A stretch of 64,000 bases of DNA, taken from the NCBI GenBank assembly GCA_963833985.1, contig CAWIAD010000001.1, positions 288,001-352,000 of the forward strand, read 5' to 3'. The translations under genes and the position numbers were made by a program. This document shows, piece after piece, positions 1 to 9,635 of this stretch. Origin of the DNA: an uncultured Planctomycetaceae bacterium. Lineage in GTDB: Bacteria; Planctomycetota; Planctomycetia; Isosphaerales; Isosphaeraceae. Each line of letters begins with the position of its first letter. Position 1 is the first letter of the stretch. The notes beneath the pieces are model-generated. The model made no database searches, was not told the DNA's origin, and worked only from the letters and a program-made list of their open reading frames with translations.

Positions 1-119
1 GCGCTGCCTTCACAGAGTTCCGTGGCCACCTCGGCCATGAACAATCGGCGCTGGTATCCGGTCAGCCGTCTGGCTCCCGAACAGATCAAGGCGTCGAGGC
101 ACTCAGTGGATCCTTCCAT
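1..119 (-). CDS. 5' fragment of an ISAzo13-family-like transposase (runs off the window edge)
   Basis: Manual translation from ATG 119 (GGAGGGG RBS upstream) gives MEGSTECLDALICSGARRLTGYQRRLFMAEVATELCEGS, resembling ISAzo13-type N-termini; not in the ORF track. Confidence 0.6.
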   Translation of the reverse strand, partial: MEGSTECLDALICSGARRLTGYQRRLFMAEVATELCEGS

Positions 120-180
120 GACGGTTCCCCTCCCTGGTGTACAGACGGCAACAGGCCAGGCTCTAGCCTTGCATCATCTC
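1..180 (-). mobile_element. Left end of putative ISAzo13-like IS
   Basis: Candidate terminus GAGATGATGCAAGG starts at 180 on the minus strand, 61 nt upstream of the transposase ATG; the other end is outside the window. Confidence 0.45.
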
Positions 181-228
181 ACAGAACGGGGAAGCTCAAT
201 TCCGGGTAGATCTCGACGTGCCGGTCGC

Positions 229-1432
229 CTAACGGACGGTCACTGCGCGGAAGTGACGGTACCTTGCCGGAATCTCGAAGCGCCTCCCCTCCAGTGAGAT
301 GGTGCCGTCGCTTTGACGCTGGCTCCTCTTGGTCTCCAGGCGGAATGCCGCACGCAGCGCTACACTCGAAGGGCTCGAGCGAAGCACATCGGGGGCCTTG
401 GCGAAGCGGTCGACCGGCGAGCTGCCGGTCTCGCGGTGCACGGCGCGGTTGTACTCAATTTCCATCCAGGCCTGGGTTGCCTCATTGAGCAATTCCAGGG
501 TCAATTCCCTGACACCATCGAGCATCTTCATGAGCCGCCCCTCGAGCGTGCCCCAGAACGCCTCCTGCTTGCCGTTTTGATACGGGCTATAAGGGAGCGT
601 TCGCTCTGCGACGATGCCCAGACGCAAGAGCCCTTCGGTGACTTCCTCGGCCACCATCGCGGAGCCGTTATCGGTCAACAGCGCGCGCGGCAGGCCCCGT
701 TTCTGGATCGCCTGGGAGAGTCCGTGCACCAGGTCCTCGGCGGTCTCCGAGAGATACCACTGAACGTGGCAGCACAGTCGTGAGTGGTCATCGAGGATGC
801 CCAGCGCGATTGGCCGCAGCCACTGGCCGCCGGGAGTGAGCACCTTGAGCGATCCGTGGTGGAAATCGAGATGCCAGAGCGCTCCGACATGGGTGGCTTC
901 GTAGCTGCGGATTTCCCGTGTCTGACGCCTCTCTTGGGCGCGGACTTCGCCAGGGCGTCCGCCGGGCCGGAGCCTCGGTCTGCGCACCAGGCCGTGAGCC
1001 TGCATGAAACGCTTGATCGTGGAATAGGAGGGGAGCCGCCCCAGTGAGGGATCGGCCTTCAAGAGCGCGGCGAGGTTGTCGTAGTGCAGTTGATAGCTCC
1101 AGTCCGTGTGATCGCGATACTGGAGATGGAGTCGCTCGGCGAGGGTCGCCGCCAGCGAGATCTTTCCGCAGTCTTTCCGCACGGCACGACGCAAGGCGGC
1201 GACCGGGTCGTCAGGCTGGTGGAGCGCCGTGTAGTACCAGCGCGCGATGGTGGCGGCCGCGACGCGGACATCGCGCCCCGTCACAGGATGCGACCAGGTC
1301 TTTTCGGCAAGGGAGCAGATCGCTGTCTGAAGCGATCCGCGCAGGGGGAGAGCTCAGGAGCGAGCCCACCACGGAGAACCGAAACCGTGCCCACAAGGCA
1401 GCGGTTGAACAGGGGTGTCTTTGAGTCATCAC
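229..1432 (-). pseudogene. DDE (rve/integrase-core, Mu-like C-terminus) transposase, frameshifted near 1340 and truncated at 229
   Basis: WHLDFHH...ILDDHSR...LTDNGS...NGKQE catalytic motifs; N-terminus (WARFRFSVVGSLLSSPP) lies in ORF 1211-1432 in another frame; C-terminus stops abruptly at VTVR*. Confidence 0.8.
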
Positions 1433-1525
1433 ATCTCCTCACAAGTCGGGTGAAGGGACCGTGACAACCTCTATAAATCGGCGGATCAAAATCGGCGACG
1501 AGCATCTTCTGCGGGTGGAAAGCGA

Positions 1526-2110
1526 TCATCGCGAGACCTCGATTCGCAGGCCGCCGGGGATCGTGATCGGTGCGAGAAACCGCAGCAGGAGCGTCCACCC
1601 TTTGCAGATGCGATGGCGGGAGAGGAAGGCGTCGACAAGTGAGTAGGGAAGGGAGAGGATCTCCAGGACCGGCACCAACCGGGCGCCTGCAACCTTCCAG
1701 AATGGTGTCTGAGGAAAGCGTTCGCGCCAGAAGACCTGCCAGCGGGCGATGGTCCGGCGGTCGGCGCCGAAGCGTGTGGAAAGCTCGCGGACGCGGCGTG
1801 GCGAGGGTCCCTGCCGCATGGCGCTGATGAGGATCACGATCGCGCCCAGGTAGACCTTGCGGCCCAGGAAGCGCACCGACGGCGGTGTGACTCTCTTCCT
1901 GCAGCCCTCACGATCGCAGCAGAAGCTCAGTCTGAGGCATTCTTGCTCGGGTAGCTGGACGGCAGTGCCGCGTGGCTTGCGGAGATAGTTGGCGGCGTGC
2001 AGGCGGCCGCCACATGAACATGCTTGCTTGCGGGTTTCCTCTGCGAGATGCTGGTCGACAGCCCAAAGAAACGACCAGAGCCTGGCGGTCCGGGGTAAAT
2101 CATGATACAT
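1526..2110 (-). CDS. Cys-rich/HTH accessory protein typical of DDE-transposase + ATPase elements
   Basis: CSCGG..., FCCDREGCRKRVTPPSVRFLGRKVY, HTH-like DRRTIARWQVFW; directly upstream of the transposase on the same strand. Confidence 0.65.
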   Translation of the reverse strand: MYHDLPRTARLWSFLWAVDQHLAEETRKQACSCGGRLHAANYLRKPRGTAVQLPEQECLRLSFCCDREGCRKRVTPPSVRFLGRKVYLGAIVILISAMRQGPSPRRVRELSTRFGADRRTIARWQVFWRERFPQTPFWKVAGARLVPVLEILSLPYSLVDAFLSRHRICKGWTLLLRFLAPITIPGGLRIEVSR

Positions 2111-2491
2111 GGTCGAGTACTCCGCTGTTGTGGTAAACCACGGAGTACACCCCTCGGGAAGCTTGATCAAGTGACCAGGCTCTTCGAGGGGAATTTTGTT
2201 GGTACCCTCAGCGATGTTGCTCAGGAATCGCTGATTTCGCGTCGCTTAGCCTGCTCACGCACACGTTCCCCGCTGGAAGAAGTTAGAATTCACTCGGGCG
2301 GCTTCCCGCTTTACCGATCGAACCACGAAGATGAATGGGGAGGGAACCACGAAACACGCGAAACACACGAAAAGAATTCTTCACTGCCCACTGCGGACTG
2401 GCCACTCCACCTGGGATTGGCCGGGTCGATGTTCATTGAAGGCAAAGCGATGCACCAACGCTTGTCTTGCGGTAGCCAGGAGGGAAGTGCC

Positions 2492-2812
2492 ATGAGCACG
2501 CCGATTGCTGTGGTTGAAGGCACGGTGTTGCCTGACGGAACACTGGAATTGCGGGAAAAACTGAACCTGCCCGCGGGCAGGGTGCAGGTCACGCTTGTAC
2601 CCATGCCCGAGCTTTCCCAGGACGATCCCTTCTGGCAGCTCATGAAAGGCATCTGGGCACGACAGCAGGCAAGGTGCCATATCCCTCGCAGCGCCCAGGA
2701 TGTTGAGGACGAGCGCAGGTCGGTGCGCGAGGAGTGGGACGAGCGAATGGCTCGAATCAGCAGGCTCCAGCAAGAGGCCGATCAAACGCGGGCCGGGGGC
2801 CCGCCGGTATGA
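2492..2812 (+). CDS. Putative antitoxin (swapped-hairpin/DUF104-like N-terminus)
   Basis: GGAGG RBS; VVEGTVLPDGTLEL...LPAGRVQVTL; stop overlaps the PIN-gene start (ATGA). Confidence 0.65.
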   Translation: MSTPIAVVEGTVLPDGTLELREKLNLPAGRVQVTLVPMPELSQDDPFWQLMKGIWARQQARCHIPRSAQDVEDERRSVREEWDERMARISRLQQEADQTRAGGPPV

Positions 2813-3216
2813 TGGTTTACCTGGACACGAACCTGATCATCTACCTGGTGGAGCAAAACCCGATTTGGGGTTCAAAGGTCGTCAACCGGCTGTCGTCGCT
2901 GCTCGTGGCCGGTGATCGGATCGCCACCAGCGACCTGTCCCGTACCGAATGCCTGGTTCACCCTTACGCCACGGGAAACGCCGGGCTGCTGGCCGATTAC
3001 CTTGCGTTTTTCGCCAGCCCCCAGGTCAAACTGCTGCCTCTGATCCCCGAGGTTTGCGAGCGAGCGGCGCAGATTCGCGCCGCATCTGCCCTCAAGTTGA
3101 AAGTTCCCGACTGCCTGCACTTGGCAGCCGCCATCGAGCATGGCTGCGGCCTATTCCTGACCAACGACGGCGCTCTGGCAGCGTGTCCTCAGATCTCTGT
3201 TGAGATTCTGACCTGA
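2809..3216 (+). CDS. vapC: PIN-domain (VapC-type) toxin
   Basis: VYLDTN, TECLV, PDCLHLAAA, FLTND acidic PIN motifs; about 135 aa. Confidence 0.85.
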   Translation: MMVYLDTNLIIYLVEQNPIWGSKVVNRLSSLLVAGDRIATSDLSRTECLVHPYATGNAGLLADYLAFFASPQVKLLPLIPEVCERAAQIRAASALKLKVPDCLHLAAAIEHGCGLFLTNDGALAACPQISVEILT

Positions 3217-3518
3217 CGAACATGTCGGTTGCTTCATTTGCCGGAAGCACAGGACCTGCTCTAGCCCACAAGCGGCAAACGGGGCCACCCAGGTTTCGGC
3301 CCGGCGCTTAAGTTTCGGCACGGTCCGTGGCCGGCGCAACCGGCCCCGTGTCGCTCGCGAATTCCCTGGAAGACTTTGCCACGGTTGTTGCCCCGGTTCG
3401 AGTTTTGGTAGCAAAGGTTTGCGCAAGAGGTACGTGCGGGTGCAGCATTGAGGGCTCGCCTCATTGCGGGCGGCAAGTTACAGTAAGAGCGGTCCAACCT
3501 ACGATTACGCAAAACGCG

Positions 3519-4103
3519 ATGAGGCTCACGATGTCCTCTTCGAATCCTTCCAGGGAATCCGGGCTGTCAAGAGACCTGCGCCGAGCATTGACGAGGTGCA
3601 AGAAGACGGAGCTGGTCGACTTCCTGATCGAACTGGCCCAGGCCGATCGCGGGGTGCTTCGGCAGCTCAGTGCCCGCTTCGAGGAGGCGACGACGCCCGA
3701 GGATCTGGTCGCCCGGACTCGACAGGCCATCAGCGATGCTACTGCGTTCGATAAACGAGATATCAACCGCAACTTCCACTACGACTACCAAGCCTATGCC
3801 GAGGTGAAACGCAACCTGAGCCGCTTGACCGCGGTTGGACAGTTTCCCGAGGCAATGCAACTCGCATTGGAATTGATGAAGCGCGGAAGTTACCAGGTGG
3901 AGATGAGCGACGAAGGGCTGATGTGCGACGAGATTGAAGAGTGCTTGACTGTCGTGATCGAATCGCTTTCCAAGGTTGACATCGCCGTGAACGAAGTGGT
4001 CGCCTGGTGCACGGCGATGCTTGCCAGCGACCGCAATGGCTTTATCGCTCGGGAGCTCCTTGAATCGCTGCGCCAGCGTGTGCAGGTGACGACGGCCCGG
4101 TAG
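3519..4103 (+). CDS. Hypothetical alpha-helical protein
   Basis: Long ORF with protein-like composition; start uncertain (3519 or 3531). Confidence 0.6.
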   Translation: MRLTMSSSNPSRESGLSRDLRRALTRCKKTELVDFLIELAQADRGVLRQLSARFEEATTPEDLVARTRQAISDATAFDKRDINRNFHYDYQAYAEVKRNLSRLTAVGQFPEAMQLALELMKRGSYQVEMSDEGLMCDEIEECLTVVIESLSKVDIAVNEVVAWCTAMLASDRNGFIARELLESLRQRVQVTTAR

Positions 4104-4134
4104 CCAATCGTCACACGACCGGCTGCCACGAAGC

Positions 4135-5646
4135 CAAAGGGGTCATTACTGAATGCCGCGAAGTTAATTTTAACTAATTGTGGCATTTGATCTTGCGCCA
4201 TGAGTGAGGCTCCGGGCATCCTGTGGGAAGTACCAGGACCCACAGTTGCTGGAGGGAGCCCCACCCATGCCGCCTCGCATCATCCCCATTCTCGATCGGC
4301 TGCGCCAAGATATCGCCGCCGGATTGTCCCGCGAAACGATCGAAGAAGCCTGTCGCCAGTCGAAACACCGCTGGCGGAATCGCGTTCTCGACCCCGCGAC
4401 GACCATTTATCTGTTCCTGCTCCAGGTCCTTCATGGCAACACGGCCTGTCGCCACGTGGTGCACTTCGGCGGTTGGACCTTCACCGACAGCGCCTACTGC
4501 CTGGCGCGAAAGCGGCTTCCGCTGGCCGTCTTCGACTGGCTCGTGGAGCGGACCGCTGCCGCCGTGCGGACTGCTTCGGATGGCGCGCGGTGGCTCGGGC
4601 ACCGAATCTGGGTCGTCGACAGCTCCAGCTTCTCCATGCCGGACCAACCAGAACTGCAACGTCACTTCGGCCAACCCAGCGGTCAACGCAAGGGCTGTGG
4701 CTTCCCGGTGGCGAAATGGCTGGCCCTCTTCGATGTCGCCACGGGCATGCTGCTGCGTTCGAGGACGGCCCCTTTGCGGACCCACGACATGTCCCAGGTC
4801 GGCCCGATCTCCGACGGCCTGGAGCCGGGAGACATCGTGCTCGGTGACCGCGGATTTTGCTCGTATGCTCATCTGGCGATATTACTGCAACGCGGTCTGC
4901 ATGCGGTTTTCCGCGTGCACCAGCAGCAGATCGTCGATTTCACGCCGGGTCGTCCGATGGCCAGGAGGAAGGGTCCGTACCCCAGGCCGCAGGGACTGCC
5001 GAGTTCGCGGTGGGTGTTGGCGCAGGGAACCGCAGATCAGATTGTCACATGGTTTAAATCGAAATCCCATCCGAAGTGGATGTCGGCGGATGAGTTCGAG
5101 GTGCTGCCGTCAGAGATCACCGTGCGCGAGCTGAGGTACCGAGTCGAGACACCCGGGTATCGGGTGCGCGAAATCACGCTGGTCACGACTCTGTTAGACG
5201 CATCCACCTACCCGGCGACAGAGCTGGCCGAACTCTACTACAAGAGGTGGAGAGTCGAACTCAATTTTCGTCATATAAAGATTAGCATGAAGATGGATGT
5301 TCTGCGTTGCGAGACAGTCGAAGGGGTTCTCAAAGAGCTGGCGATTTTCAGCCTGGCGTATAACCTGGTGAGGTCGGTCATGCTGGAGTCGGCCCGCATG
5401 CGCGGCGTTGATCCGGGACGGATCGGCTTGATCGACGCGGTGCGCTGGCTGATCGGGTCCGAAGGGGGTTCTGAGCCCGCGCGGATCGTCATCAACCCAT
5501 TGCGCCGCGGACGCGTCGAGCCCCGAGTCGTAAAGCGACGACCAAAACAATACATGCGCATGGCTAGGCCCAGATCCGAACTCCGCAAACAGTTGCCAAT
5601 GAAGCACTTCTGACTAACTTTGTGGCATTCAGCAATGTCCCCTTTG
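4135..5646 (+). mobile_element. IS4-family insertion sequence with long terminal inverted repeats
   Basis: CAAAGGGGTCATTACTGAATGCCGCGAAGTTA (from 4135) versus the reverse complement of 5615-5646, CAAAGGGGACATTGCTGAATGCCACAAAGTTA; the true ends may be the inner GAATGCC/GGCATTC (4151/5630). Confidence 0.8.
4267..5613 (+). CDS. IS4-family transposase
   Basis: VVDSS (D1), LGDRGF (D2), YYKRWRVELNFRHIK (YREK) motifs. Confidence 0.92.
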   Translation: MPPRIIPILDRLRQDIAAGLSRETIEEACRQSKHRWRNRVLDPATTIYLFLLQVLHGNTACRHVVHFGGWTFTDSAYCLARKRLPLAVFDWLVERTAAAVRTASDGARWLGHRIWVVDSSSFSMPDQPELQRHFGQPSGQRKGCGFPVAKWLALFDVATGMLLRSRTAPLRTHDMSQVGPISDGLEPGDIVLGDRGFCSYAHLAILLQRGLHAVFRVHQQQIVDFTPGRPMARRKGPYPRPQGLPSSRWVLAQGTADQIVTWFKSKSHPKWMSADEFEVLPSEITVRELRYRVETPGYRVREITLVTTLLDASTYPATELAELYYKRWRVELNFRHIKISMKMDVLRCETVEGVLKELAIFSLAYNLVRSVMLESARMRGVDPGRIGLIDAVRWLIGSEGGSEPARIVINPLRRGRVEPRVVKRRPKQYMRMARPRSELRKQLPMKHF

Positions 5647-5684
5647 CCCCGCCCGTCTTGTCGTCGTGAAGCGTGAGGGCCTGA

Positions 5685-6606
5685 GAGGGAGTTCGGAAAC
5701 TTGGGTGGGCTGGACAGATTTTCTGAATTGAGCAGAATCTTCTCAGGGGAAGGGTAGTCATCGAACAAGGGCGGAGCCCGATCATGGACGAGCGCACGGC
5801 GCGGAAGGCGTATGAGAGCGATCTTACTGACGAAGAGTGGAGGATTGTCGAACCGCTCCTTCCTGCAGGGAAGTTCGGCGGCCGGCCGCGCACCACAAAC
5901 ATCCGCGAGGTGCTCAATGCGGTCTTCTACTTGTTGCGAACGGGATGCGCCTGGCGACTCTTGCCCCACGACTTTCCACCGGCGGGCACAGTCTACGATT
6001 ACTTTCGAGCGTGGTCCCGTGACGGAACTCTCCAACGAGTTCACGACATTCTTCGTCGACGGGTTCGTGTTGCAGCGGGCCGAAACGAGGAGCCCAGCGC
6101 GGCGTGCATTGACAGCCAATCGGCAAAGACAAACGAGCAAGGGGGGATCGATGGATACGATGCCGGGAAGAAGATCATGGGGCGCAAGCGTCACATCCTG
6201 GTGGACACCATGGGGCTGATTCTGGCTGTGGTCGTTCATTCGGCAGGTATCCAGGATCGGGACGGGGCGAAGGCAGTTTTCGATGCGATCAGGAACGACC
6301 TGCCACGGCTGCAGTTGGTCTGGGCCGACGGCGGCTACGCAGGCAAATCGGTGGAGTGGGTCAAGAGCGAGTGTGGTTGGGTCCTGGAGATCGTGAAACA
6401 AACGGACGACGTCAAGGGTTTTAAGCTCCTGCCCCACCGCTGGGTCGTGGAGCGAACCTTCGCCTGGTTGGGACGGTTTCGCCGAATGAGCAAGGATTAT
6501 GAGTTCCATCCAGAAACGTCAGCGTCAATGATTCATCTTGCTATGATCAACGTTATGGTGCGTCGGCTTGCTGCTGCCTAAACCGCGCAACTTTCCAAAC
6601 TCCCTC
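5685..6606 (+). mobile_element. IS5-family (IS1031-like) element, 922 bp, TGA target duplication
   Basis: IRs GAGGGAGTTCGGAAACTTG / GAGGGAGTTTGGAAAGTTG; TGA at 5682-5684 and 6607-6609. Confidence 0.9.
5784..6581 (+). CDS. IS5-family transposase
   Basis: YESDLTDEEW, IDSQS, WADGGY, RWVVERTFAWL motifs. Confidence 0.95.
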   Translation: MDERTARKAYESDLTDEEWRIVEPLLPAGKFGGRPRTTNIREVLNAVFYLLRTGCAWRLLPHDFPPAGTVYDYFRAWSRDGTLQRVHDILRRRVRVAAGRNEEPSAACIDSQSAKTNEQGGIDGYDAGKKIMGRKRHILVDTMGLILAVVVHSAGIQDRDGAKAVFDAIRNDLPRLQLVWADGGYAGKSVEWVKSECGWVLEIVKQTDDVKGFKLLPHRWVVERTFAWLGRFRRMSKDYEFHPETSASMIHLAMINVMVRRLAAA

Positions 6607-7079
6607 TGAGACTTCTTCTTCGCGTCCAGCTTCCGAGGCCGGCCGCCCTGCTTTCCGCGGGCACGGGCCGCCTCGAGCCCGGCCCTGGTCCGCTCGCGGA
6701 TGCTGTCGCGCTCGAACTCGGCCAGGGCCGCGAAGACGTGGAAGACCAGCTTGCCGCCGCTGGTCGTCGTGTCGATGCTCTCCTGGAGGCTCCGGAAGCC
6801 GACCTTCCGTTCCTGGAGCTGCCCCACGGTCTCGATCAGGTGCCGGATGCTGCGACCCAGGCGGTCGAGCTTCCAGACGACGAGGGTATCCCCCTTCCGG
6901 AGGTGTGCGAGGGCCTGATCGAGCCCCGGCCGCGCGGCACGGGCACCGCCGGCCTTGTCCGTGAAGAGCTTCTCGCAGCCGGCGCGATTCAAGGCGTCGG
7001 TCTGGAGATCGAGGCGTTGCTCGAGGGTCGAGACGCGTGCATAGCCGATCAACATGGGCCCCATCCTCCTCTCGTCCGG

Positions 7080-7220
7080 ATGGTGCCGTAACTCGAATCA
7101 CGCGTCAAGGTTCGGGGATGTTGATTTCGGGATGGCTTCCAGGACGGTATTCTGGACGCTATTGAGGGAAGGCCAGGGGTCGGCGAGAGGGAGTCCCGAA
7201 AAGGCTCCTTTCCGGGACGG
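7080..7220. promoter_or_regulatory. Putative res site upstream of the resolvase
   Basis: Imperfect palindromes such as GTCCCGAAAAGGCTCCTTTCCGGGAC (~7193-7218) immediately upstream of a resolvase gene. Confidence 0.45.
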
Positions 7221-7399
7221 CGAGTTGCAACTCATTCCGAGTCCCGAGCTGAGATGGGCGGAGTGCGTGTCATCTTGAAGGTTGGGGAGTACGACTTGGC
7301 CTTCATAGACGAGCCGCCGTTCAGTCCCGGCTCACCGGATGACGCCCACCTCTTGTTCCGCGAGAACAGACGATATCCGCACTCGTGGGATAATGACCG

Positions 7400-8974
7400 A
7401 TGAGCAGTGACCTAGAGGCTGGCGTCCAGATCGGCGACTTCCGCATCGAGCGGCGGATCGGTGCAGGCGGCATGGGCATCGTCTACCTGGCGAAGCAGGT
7501 GTCGCTCGACCGGTTGGTCGCCCTTAAGGTCCTCGGCACAGCCCTGACCGACCGCTCCGACATCGCCCGTTTCCGGCGGGAGGCCCAGGCCGTCGCCCGC
7601 CTGGACCACCCCGGCATCGCCGTCGTCCATTTCGTCGGCCAAGACGGCCAGGTTTGCTACATCGCCATGGAGTTCATCGACGGGGCCTCGTTGCGTGAGG
7701 TCGTCACGCGCCTGGCCTCTTCGGGCCTCCCCGGCGTCTCCATCGACAACGCCCTTGAGGCGGGTCAGGGAGAAGCCCCGGAGGTACGGTTCGACCGGGA
7801 CACCGTAAGCTACACGCCGGAACACGCGGCCGACGACGGGCGGGCCGCACCCGTTCCCCCGGTCCCCCAGGAGGGGCGATTGATGACCTCGCCCGGCCAC
7901 ATCCGTCGGTGCTGCGAGGTCGTGCGGGATGCTGCCATGGCCCTGGCCCACGCCCACGAGCGTGGGGTCGTCCATCGCGACATCAAGCCGGGGAACATCC
8001 TCCTGGCCGGTCAGGGGACGGTCCACCTCATCGACTTCGGCCTGGCCCGGTTCTTCGAGGACGTGAGCCTGACGGCCACGGGGGCCCTGGTGGGCACCCC
8101 GATGTACATGTCGCCGGAGCAGGTCACGGGCCGCCTCCAGGTCGACCACCGGACCGATATCTACTCCCTGGGGATGGTGCTGTACGAGTTACTGACCCTC
8201 CGGAGGCCGATCACCGCGCCGACGCGCGAGGGCGTCCTCCGGCAGGTCGTGACCAAGTCGTTGCCGCCCGTGTCCGTCCGGAACCGTGCGGTGCCGCGTG
8301 CCCTGGAGTGCGTCGTGCACCAGGCGACGGCGAAGGACCCGGACGAGAGATACCAGAGCGCCCTGGCGTTGGCCCGGGACATTGACGCGTTCCTGGATGG
8401 GAAACGGGTCGAGGCCAGGCCCTACAGGCACCGCCTCGACACCGGCGAGATCGAAGCCGAGAGGCCCTTCGGCGTCGTCCTGGTTTCCGCGCTCTTTCTC
8501 GTCCCGGGTGTGCTCCTGTCCGTGTTGGCGGTGATGCTCCTGTTCTTCATCATCCAGACCGCGATCTTCGTCTCGGTCCCCAAAGGGGTACCGGCTTCCG
8601 AAATCGCCAACTCCTACATAAGGACCGCCGTGTTCTTGTCGGCCTCGCTTTGCCTGTCGCTCTTCCATATCTGGGTCGGCCGCGGCCTCCTCCTGGGGAA
8701 GAAACTGCATCGGTTCCTCGCCTTGACCGCCTATTCGGCCTACCTCCTCCTCTTGGCTGGCAGGGCCGTCATTAACGCGGTGGGAGATGATTATGATATC
8801 CGTCACCCCGCGACAATGGGTTCGGTCATGATACCGTTGGACGTGTCGATCGTTATGGCGATCGTCGTCTTCACCATGGCGGGAACGCTCTGGAGCAGGC
8901 GGAGCCGGGAGTGGTTCTCCATGGCCGGCCGGTTGCGTGCGGAGCACAAGAGGGGTTCGACGGGCCCGGGTTGA
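7400..8974 (+). CDS. Ser/Thr protein kinase with about 4 C-terminal TM helices
   Basis: GAGGMG, VALK, HRDIKPGN, DFG, YMSPE; hydrophobic C-terminus. Confidence 0.92.
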   Translation: MSSDLEAGVQIGDFRIERRIGAGGMGIVYLAKQVSLDRLVALKVLGTALTDRSDIARFRREAQAVARLDHPGIAVVHFVGQDGQVCYIAMEFIDGASLREVVTRLASSGLPGVSIDNALEAGQGEAPEVRFDRDTVSYTPEHAADDGRAAPVPPVPQEGRLMTSPGHIRRCCEVVRDAAMALAHAHERGVVHRDIKPGNILLAGQGTVHLIDFGLARFFEDVSLTATGALVGTPMYMSPEQVTGRLQVDHRTDIYSLGMVLYELLTLRRPITAPTREGVLRQVVTKSLPPVSVRNRAVPRALECVVHQATAKDPDERYQSALALARDIDAFLDGKRVEARPYRHRLDTGEIEAERPFGVVLVSALFLVPGVLLSVLAVMLLFFIIQTAIFVSVPKGVPASEIANSYIRTAVFLSASLCLSLFHIWVGRGLLLGKKLHRFLALTAYSAYLLLLAGRAVINAVGDDYDIRHPATMGSVMIPLDVSIVMAIVVFTMAGTLWSRRSREWFSMAGRLRAEHKRGSTGPG

Positions 8975-8981
8975 AGTCGAA

Positions 8982-9198
8982 GCAGGGTGGGCACTGCCCA
9001 CCGACCCAAACGGTTCAGGCTGAGGCGGTTACGCGGTGGGCAGTGCCCACCCTACAAACTCTTGACAGGCAAGAATGCCTGTCCTCCCATTCCTCTACAT
9101 TCCTCTAGAATGCCTGTCCTCCCATTCCTCTCCGCTGCCGACTGCCGACTGCCGAGTGCCGCCCTGGTGGGCCTCGCCTGCGGCTCGACCCACCCTAC
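8982..9198. repeat. Cluster of REP-like palindromes
   Basis: Inverted pair G(C/T)AGGGTGGGCACTGCCCACC (8982-9002, 9035-9055); GACAGGCAAGAATGCCTGTC; duplicated AGAATGCCTGTCCTCCCATTCCTCT; (CTGCCGA)3; GGTGGG...CCCACCCTAC (9166-9198). Confidence 0.7.
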
Positions 9199-9635
9199 CA
9201 GTTTGCCATTCACCCGTCAGGCCCCGGTTCGCAGTCACCCGCCGGGTCCTCGGCACGCGGATCGCTCACGGGCCCTGGACGAGGCACACTCCAATGCGTC
9301 GAATGCTGCCCCCCCCACTGGCCCGAATACGATGATAACGCGGCCGCAACGCGACCCGCTGGGCACCTGGCGGAGGAGTCACGTCGGACTCCATTTTTCC
9401 CGCCCGGAGAGTGAAACAAGCCTACCGGGCCCCTGCCCGCTGGTCTGCCGGCGGGCTGTGGCCTCGACGCGGAAACCACGACCGGCGGTTCCTCTCTTCG
9501 AGCAAGTGAACCGACCTCTGCCGGGACGCGTCGATCTGGTAAGCTTGCTCTTTTGCACAGTTGCGGCGCTGGCAGGCTGTGGAGGACGGGCGGCGGAAAT
9601 GGCCTGTGCGCAGTTTGAACCTGAGGAGTGATCTC

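Larger units (their letters stand above)
5654..7055 (-). pseudogene. Serine resolvase/invertase interrupted by IS5 and lacking its C-terminal HTH
   Basis: MLIGYARVST, VWKLDRLGRS, GGRPRKL; removing the IS and one TGA restores KKKSQALTLHDDKT before the frame runs into the IS4 end. Confidence 0.85.

Noticed and set aside
2345..2375. AACCACGAAACACGCGAAACACACGAAA short repeat as a regulatory array
   Set aside because: Only three short units; more likely a REP-like remnant, and no function can be supported
6525..6606. Novel C-terminus on the resolvase ORF
   Set aside because: Read-through into the right end of IS5
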